64,000 nucleotides of DNA from Myxococcota bacterium. GTDB taxonomy: Bacteria; Myxococcota_A; SURF-8. Location of the stretch: positions 1,696,001 through 1,760,000 of the forward strand of contig OZ223209.1 in the NCBI GenBank assembly GCA_965140415.1. Reading direction: 5' to 3'. The notes under the pieces were generated by a model that saw only the letters and a program-made list of their open reading frames with translations, was not told where the DNA came from and did not search any database. How positions within the stretch are numbered: the stretch's first letter is position 1; each line of letters begins with the position of its first letter. This document shows, piece by piece, positions 58,396 through 64,000 of the stretch. The position numbers and the translations under genes were made by a program.

Positions 58396-61155
58396 CTACT
58401 CCTCTTCCACTTTCTGATGCGTTCGATAAATCCGCACATAGCGGCGCTGGTCGGGACCGTCGTTGTTGCCGGTAATGAATTCCTGATACGCTTCCTGCGT
58501 ATTGGGGTTGATGGTGGTGCTGCGAACGTTTTCGATGCGCACGACGATCGGATAATCGTAGGTGGGCAGATCGCGTGGAATCGTCCACTTTGTTGAAATT
58601 GTTTCCATTACCGGATAGGGAGCGACGGTCACCGGCAGTGAAGCGATTTTTACCAATGAACCGGTGAATTCCGCATCAAAGCCTTCCAGCCCCAAACGCC
58701 CATCGTCATCGTCGGTCAGATCCCATGGCGTGCTTTCATAATACAGTGTTACATCGCCACTGGCGGCTACATCGCCGAGATTGCGCACGGTGAGCGTGAT
58801 ATCAATTTCTCTCCCCACCAGCGGGGCGGTATCCGAGAAAACGATGTCCATGGGATTGACAGTCAAATCCGGCTGCCGCGTGCGGAAACGCTCGCCGGTA
58901 ACAATCATATTTTCCGGGATCGGCCCTTGTTCTTCGCCAAAGGTTTTGGCGTAATCCCGCAACGCCTGCCAGGCCACTACGCCGCTATCGAGGTAAGGCA
59001 GGTCTTCGTTCCCCTGCAATGTAATCGGTCTCGACATCCACCTGCCGTCGCTTCTCTCTCCGGTAATGACAAAGTTCAGAATATACGCCAGGTTGCTACC
59101 GATGGAATGCACCATGGCCAGTCGATAGCTGCGCTCGGTGTCCATCGGTTCGCCGCCGATTTTAATCGAGCCGGGAACGAGGCGGTGGAAGGGTTCACCG
59201 CTGGGGTCGATTTGATAGGAGAAGTTGGAAAACTGCATCACTTCCAGGTTGAACTCTTTACTGGCACCGGCGTAGACCGTATCCAGCACTTCGATGGAGT
59301 AAACCAACTCAAGCACGTATTCCAGAATCGAAATGTCTTCGCGGCGGCTTTCTTCGATGCCCAGGGCGCTCAAGTCGAAAGTTCCGGGCTGGAAAAGCAG
59401 CACCACGAGAGGTTCGTCGTTCAAGCCGTTTTCATCCAGATTGTGCAGCGGAACGATATCATACGCGCCGTTTTCCGTCAGCGTTCCGGCTGTCAGATCG
59501 GCGCGGTAGATCGAAGGCACGACCATGGCGACATCGCATAAGACGTCTTCTTCTTGTAATTTCCATAGGAAAGCGTCTGCCAGGTATTGTCCCAGACCGC
59601 TTGGCGCACGGCTGCGGTGGCTCAGATCGATGGAAAAATCAGCCAGCGGAGTATCGTAAACATCGCCGTATTGTTCGATCAAAATGCCGTTCAGTTGATC
59701 GACCCATTCGGAGACTTCTTCATCTTCCTGGATGGTTTGATCTACCTGAATTAGATGAGAGTGCGTGACGGTCGCCTCGTTTTGTGTCGTATCGATTTCG
59801 AGCAGGTTGGCTGTGACGAATTCACCCGCTTCACGCCCTTGAATTACCACGGTTTCACTCCCGGCTGGGTTATCGATCAGGATAGGGTGGTTCAACTGAA
59901 TGTGTGAATGGGCGGAAAGCAACAGGTCGATTGCGCGTCCTGAATTTGCGCCGATGCCGTAACGGGCTATGAATTCATCTTTACCGGCGGGGATGTTCAC
60001 CCGGTCGCCGAAACCCAGTCCGGCATGGCTGGCCACGATGGTCACCTGCGCGCCTTGCTCGTCCAAACTATCCAGACCGTCTGCAATATAGCTGCTGCCG
60101 GTGGGATCGGGATCGAAGAAGGTCAAACCTTCCGAATAGTCGCGCGGAGCGCCGATGATGCGATAAAAGAACGGATCGCCCGCTACCTGCGTATAGATGG
60201 AAGCGTCGGTGGTTACGCCCAACAAACCGACTTTCAGACCATCCAGATCCAATACCAGGTTCTGATTGTAGCGGATATCCGCCTCGTTGTGCGAAAAGTC
60301 GGTTTCGAATGATGACACATAGGACTGGTAATCCTCTTTCAGTGTGGAAGGATCTACGTTGCCCCACATGAAGTACATCGGGTGGCCTTTGTCACCATCC
60401 TGGAATCGGGATTCCGCTGTGGCGATTTGACTGTCCAGCATGGGAATTCCAAAATGATAATCGTGATTTCCCACCTGTACCACATCCACTCCGATGGCAT
60501 CGTAGATTTCATACAGGCGACTGATCGCGCCGGATACGTTGTGGAACAAGGTGTTTTCGAAATCGTCTCCGCTGTTGACGATCAGTGTGGAAATGCCTTT
60601 CTGCGCGTTGTTGTCCCGGATGGTGCGGAAGATCGTTGCCAGCCTTGCCAGTCCTCCCAAGGAAAGCCGGTCTCGTTCGTGAGGCAGCATGCGCATATGG
60701 AAATCGTTGATCGACAACACGCACAGCGAGTGATGTTGCTCGTCGATTGGGTGGAAACTGAAAATCTGGAAGCGAATCGGTGCGGCCAGGCTCAATTCGT
60801 GACGCGCCTCGATCAACGCCAGACCGCTGCTGTTTCCTAGCTGCACCGTGGTTTGGGCGATGCCCGTTTCATCCGTTCGTATCGAATAAGGAGTGATATC
60901 GGCCTGCTCCACGCTGCTTTGGCCTTCACCATCCAATAGGGAAAACGTGATGAGCTGTCCTGCAACGGGCTGAGCATCATCGTCCACTACATTGAGTGAC
61001 AATGTCAGCGATTCTCCATGAAACGCGCTTTGAAACTGGTTCTGCACCGCCTGCAACTGCAGATCTACTGCGGATGCCGTGTCGTCGTCGTTATCCGAAC
61101 AGGACCAGGAAAAAAAGAGCAGCGCGAGGCAGCATAAGGTTGCAAAGCGTTTCAT
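58396..61155 (-). CDS. Metallophosphoesterase/5'-nucleotidase lipoprotein with N-terminal Ig-like and C-terminal CARDB-like domains
   Basis: Lipobox-like SWSC; Big_1-like VVDDDAQPVAGQLITF..TDETGIA; NDFH, SGDDF, GNHDY, SHAG, AHSH; PDLTV..ITLTVRNLGD. Confidence 0.85.
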   Translation of the reverse strand: MKRFATLCCLALLFFSWSCSDNDDDTASAVDLQLQAVQNQFQSAFHGESLTLSLNVVDDDAQPVAGQLITFSLLDGEGQSSVEQADITPYSIRTDETGIAQTTVQLGNSSGLALIEARHELSLAAPIRFQIFSFHPIDEQHHSLCVLSINDFHMRMLPHERDRLSLGGLARLATIFRTIRDNNAQKGISTLIVNSGDDFENTLFHNVSGAISRLYEIYDAIGVDVVQVGNHDYHFGIPMLDSQIATAESRFQDGDKGHPMYFMWGNVDPSTLKEDYQSYVSSFETDFSHNEADIRYNQNLVLDLDGLKVGLLGVTTDASIYTQVAGDPFFYRIIGAPRDYSEGLTFFDPDPTGSSYIADGLDSLDEQGAQVTIVASHAGLGFGDRVNIPAGKDEFIARYGIGANSGRAIDLLLSAHSHIQLNHPILIDNPAGSETVVIQGREAGEFVTANLLEIDTTQNEATVTHSHLIQVDQTIQEDEEVSEWVDQLNGILIEQYGDVYDTPLADFSIDLSHRSRAPSGLGQYLADAFLWKLQEEDVLCDVAMVVPSIYRADLTAGTLTENGAYDIVPLHNLDENGLNDEPLVVLLFQPGTFDLSALGIEESRREDISILEYVLELVYSIEVLDTVYAGASKEFNLEVMQFSNFSYQIDPSGEPFHRLVPGSIKIGGEPMDTERSYRLAMVHSIGSNLAYILNFVITGERSDGRWMSRPITLQGNEDLPYLDSGVVAWQALRDYAKTFGEEQGPIPENMIVTGERFRTRQPDLTVNPMDIVFSDTAPLVGREIDITLTVRNLGDVAASGDVTLYYESTPWDLTDDDDGRLGLEGFDAEFTGSLVKIASLPVTVAPYPVMETISTKWTIPRDLPTYDYPIVVRIENVRSTTINPNTQEAYQEFITGNNDGPDQRRYVRIYRTHQKVEEE

Positions 61156-61529
61156 TTCGTGTCCCTTTCAGTGGCCTGAGGAAAACCGTTCTCAAGCAGG
61201 CGATCGAAGATGAAGCGCGCAAAGCGCTTGTTGGTTTTACCGGTAAAGTGTGCGTCCTGATGATTGTAAATCGCGGTGCGGCTGTTGTCACCTAATTCTT
61301 CTTCCATTTGGCGTATTTCCGGTGAAAAATCGTAGCAGGTCAACTGTCTTTTGTCGCATTCCTGTCGCCAGACTTGGGCTACCTCCACGTCGCCAAGCGT
61401 TTTTTTTCGAGGAACATAATTTTTCGCTTGGCAGCCTGCTCTTTCGGGAGCAACTTGTATGTGGGTGATACCTACTGTAAAGTCGTGGTTGGAGAATCTC
61501 AACTTTACCGGATTCCTGCCTGGGAGATA
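61152..61529 (-). pseudogene. C-terminal remnant of an SGNH/AlgX-like hydrolase
   Basis: YDFSPEIR..AIYNHQDAHFTGKTNKRFARFI resembles the SGNH block V DxH region; ATGA overlap with the next gene; in-frame stop at 61530-61532 leaves no N-terminal blocks. Confidence 0.55.
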
Positions 61530-61559
61530 TTACCCGTCTTTTAACACTCGACAACTCTG

Positions 61560-63683
61560 ATGAAGAATATATTGACTTCTACTACCTTCAGGGTAGAATA
61601 CCTCAATTCGTTTTTGGCACAGGCGTATAATGTGAGTGAAAAGTCCAACAAGATATCCCCATTTAACATAAAAATTTTATCAAGTGGGACTGCTGCCGTT
61701 TTCGTTTTGTATGGGGTCTTGTTGTCTCTTCTATTAAGTCATGTCGAAGATTTCTTCTTTTTCCTTCTCAAAGGAATACGAGAAAGCCAATGGTCAACAA
61801 GTTTTCTGATAATATTCTCATCCATATTCGGACTACTGGCGTACTCCCTACTTTATATAGCATTGTTTAAGCGCATCCTTGTTAATTGGAGGATCTTACC
61901 TCTTTTATTAACGATCCCTGTGCTATTTTCTTTTTATGTTCATTTCGTTCCTTCAAGTATTCTGATATACCAACTAGTTCTAGACATCACTCACTATGCG
62001 GTCGCTTTGTTTTTTGTTTGTCTTATAAGCTGGATACTTAAAGATGATTTAAGAATAAACGAATCGCTAGGTAATGGGTGGGTGCGTTTTGAAAAGCTTA
62101 TTTTAGGGTTCTTTTCAATTGGCTTTTTCATATGGAGTTGTTTCTTTATTTTTAGATCATCTTCAATTGCAATTGATGGGAAACGGTATTTTTGTTTGTT
62201 CGATGATGCGATGATATCTATGCGGTATGCGTGGAACTTTGCACACGGAATCGGACTCGTGTGGAATGATGGCGAAAAAGTTCAAGGTTTTACAAATCTT
62301 TTAATGACATTAATAATGTCCGTCCCTGCCTCAATATTAAGCAAATCGAACTCAGTGCTGTCGATTCAATTCTTTGGTGTATTTGTAATGTTGGTTGTTG
62401 CCTATGTTTCAACAAAAATTTCAGATGAATTCTCGGAATCTATGACAACAAACAGTAAATCGTTATTTAGAATTCTAACATGGCTTGGCGTTCTTTTGTA
62501 CTATCCGCTGGTGTATTGGACGCTAATGGGGATGGAAACGGGATTGCTTACACTTCTTATTTTATCAAGTATTCTTTTTTCTTTTCGATACATTAAGAAT
62601 GGGAAATTGTCCAGTGTGATGATGGCGGCTTTTTTTTCTGGAATGGCATATTTAGTTAGGCCTGATGCATTGATCTATACAATGGTTATCTGGCTCTATT
62701 TGTCTTTATTTTGTCTTAAATCTGACTGCCGTAGAACTATTGCGAAAGATTTGCTGTTTTCCATTGGGTTAATTATGTTGTTTATCTTTGGAAAGCTGTT
62801 GTTTCAGTATATGTACTACGGTAGCATGCTCCCTAATACCTACACTCTCAAGTTGCAAGGAATGCCGTTTCATTTGAGATTATTAAACGGTGTAGGCTTT
62901 ATTGGATCTTACCTGAAAGAGACGAGCATTCTTCTTGTCATTGCATTCTCGAGTTTGTTTACATGGAATAAGAGATATGCAGTATTGCTATTTGCGACCG
63001 TGCTGACTACTATTGTATATCAAATATATACTGGTGGAGATCCTTGGAATTATTGGCGTATTCTCGCACCAACGATGCCTCTTATTATAATATTAGTTGT
63101 TACTACCTCTTCTGTTTTAATTTCCATTATTACTAAGCAATTAGCAATAGGAACAGGGGTTCTAGAAAAATTAAATTCAGTGCGATGGATCTTGATTACT
63201 TGTGTTCTATTGACAGGATTGTCAGTGGCAAATTTGCGCTTTTGGCCTGAAATTTCATTTAAACAGATGTCATATCTTGCCAAAGAAAATAGCCAGAAAG
63301 TGAACGTTGCCGTTGTGCTTAGAGATTTGCTTACCGACGATGCAAGTATAGGCGTTTTTTGGGCGGGAACAATCCCTTATTATTCTGGCAAACGAGCGAT
63401 TGATTTTTTAGGTAAGTCAGATAAATATATTGCGATGCTACCTCCAGATGTTTCCGGAAACTGTAGTTGGTATGGTATGCAAAGTGTACCGGGACATAAT
63501 AAGTATAATTTGGAATATTCTATAAAAACCCTTTTACCGACCTACGTCGAGAAATTTAAATATTGCCAACAGGATTTATCTGAATGGTCAAAGTCTCAGT
63601 ATGTCAGTGTCAATCGTTCTGGTGTTGAAGTCAACTTGCGACTAGGTGCACCTGAAGTGCGTTGGGATAGGACTGTCCCATAG
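61560..63683 (+). CDS. Polytopic GT-C glycosyltransferase (AftB/PMT-like), AT-rich
   Basis: FDDAMISMRYAWN..GLVWNDGEKVQGFTN, GMET, RPD, LPNTY, GGD; many TM helices. Confidence 0.8.
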   Translation: MKNILTSTTFRVEYLNSFLAQAYNVSEKSNKISPFNIKILSSGTAAVFVLYGVLLSLLLSHVEDFFFFLLKGIRESQWSTSFLIIFSSIFGLLAYSLLYIALFKRILVNWRILPLLLTIPVLFSFYVHFVPSSILIYQLVLDITHYAVALFFVCLISWILKDDLRINESLGNGWVRFEKLILGFFSIGFFIWSCFFIFRSSSIAIDGKRYFCLFDDAMISMRYAWNFAHGIGLVWNDGEKVQGFTNLLMTLIMSVPASILSKSNSVLSIQFFGVFVMLVVAYVSTKISDEFSESMTTNSKSLFRILTWLGVLLYYPLVYWTLMGMETGLLTLLILSSILFSFRYIKNGKLSSVMMAAFFSGMAYLVRPDALIYTMVIWLYLSLFCLKSDCRRTIAKDLLFSIGLIMLFIFGKLLFQYMYYGSMLPNTYTLKLQGMPFHLRLLNGVGFIGSYLKETSILLVIAFSSLFTWNKRYAVLLFATVLTTIVYQIYTGGDPWNYWRILAPTMPLIIILVVTTSSVLISIITKQLAIGTGVLEKLNSVRWILITCVLLTGLSVANLRFWPEISFKQMSYLAKENSQKVNVAVVLRDLLTDDASIGVFWAGTIPYYSGKRAIDFLGKSDKYIAMLPPDVSGNCSWYGMQSVPGHNKYNLEYSIKTLLPTYVEKFKYCQQDLSEWSKSQYVSVNRSGVEVNLRLGAPEVRWDRTVP

Positions 63684-63764
63684 AAATATTATTGAAATAT
63701 GCGGAACGAAGAGTGCGAAATGACATATATGAAAACGGATTATATTAACAGGGCATTCCATTAG

Positions 63765-64000
63765 TTATCGGCCAAGGTGCTTTTTGAAGAAGTTTGCAGT
63801 TTCCCTGAACATCTCAGAGGACTCAGGGCAGTCGGGATTGAAACCGCATGTCCGTGGGTGAACCCATGATAAACATTAAGATCCGCCTCAACCCCGGAGC
63901 GCCTTAGTTTACGGTGTGCACGTACAACGTTGGAAAGAAACAGATCGCGTGTGCCACTGGTCAAGATGGTTGGTGGAAAGCCCGAGAAGTTACCATAAAT
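63765..64000 (-). pseudogene. Alpha/beta hydrolase (HSL-like esterase) 3' end with apparent frameshift; 5' end outside window
   Basis: IYGNFSGFPPTILTSGTRDLFLSN..EADLNVYHGFTH; a family-like ending FNPDCPESSEMFRETANFFKKHLGR* lies in another frame after 63841-63843. Confidence 0.7.

Overview
Bacterial chromosomal window, moderately GC-rich. Gene content (RomR-like C-terminus next to valS, Cys-rich lipoproteins, IgGFc-binding and MopE-like motifs, a multiheme cytochrome) suggests a Myxococcota-like deltaproteobacterium; this placement is inference. Housekeeping genes are valS, nadC, epmA, holB, a PSP1/RicT gene, metG, tatD, infA, a cyclophilin and an Slt-type transglycosylase. They alternate with accessory envelope loci: (i) a tightly coupled usp / beta-barrel / 13-heme cytochrome / Ig-lipoprotein operon downstream of a multi-PAS hybrid kinase; (ii) two tandem lipoproteins built from AMMECR1 and helical-toroid domains that appear reciprocally degenerate; (iii) six lipoproteins sharing acidic DGD linkers, five of them Cys-rich, two of which follow a ~3060 aa secreted protein with a C-terminal FGE-type domain; (iv) a ~235 bp nested palindrome with face-to-face sigma54-like motifs between divergent genes; (v) three degenerate GTCAT..ATGAC REP-like elements; (vi) an AT-rich segment at the right end, with a GT-C glycosyltransferase, a truncated SGNH gene at its edge and a frameshifted esterase. 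I recognised no tRNA, rRNA, CRISPR array, integrase or transposase. All family assignments are by eye from motifs; no database searches were run.
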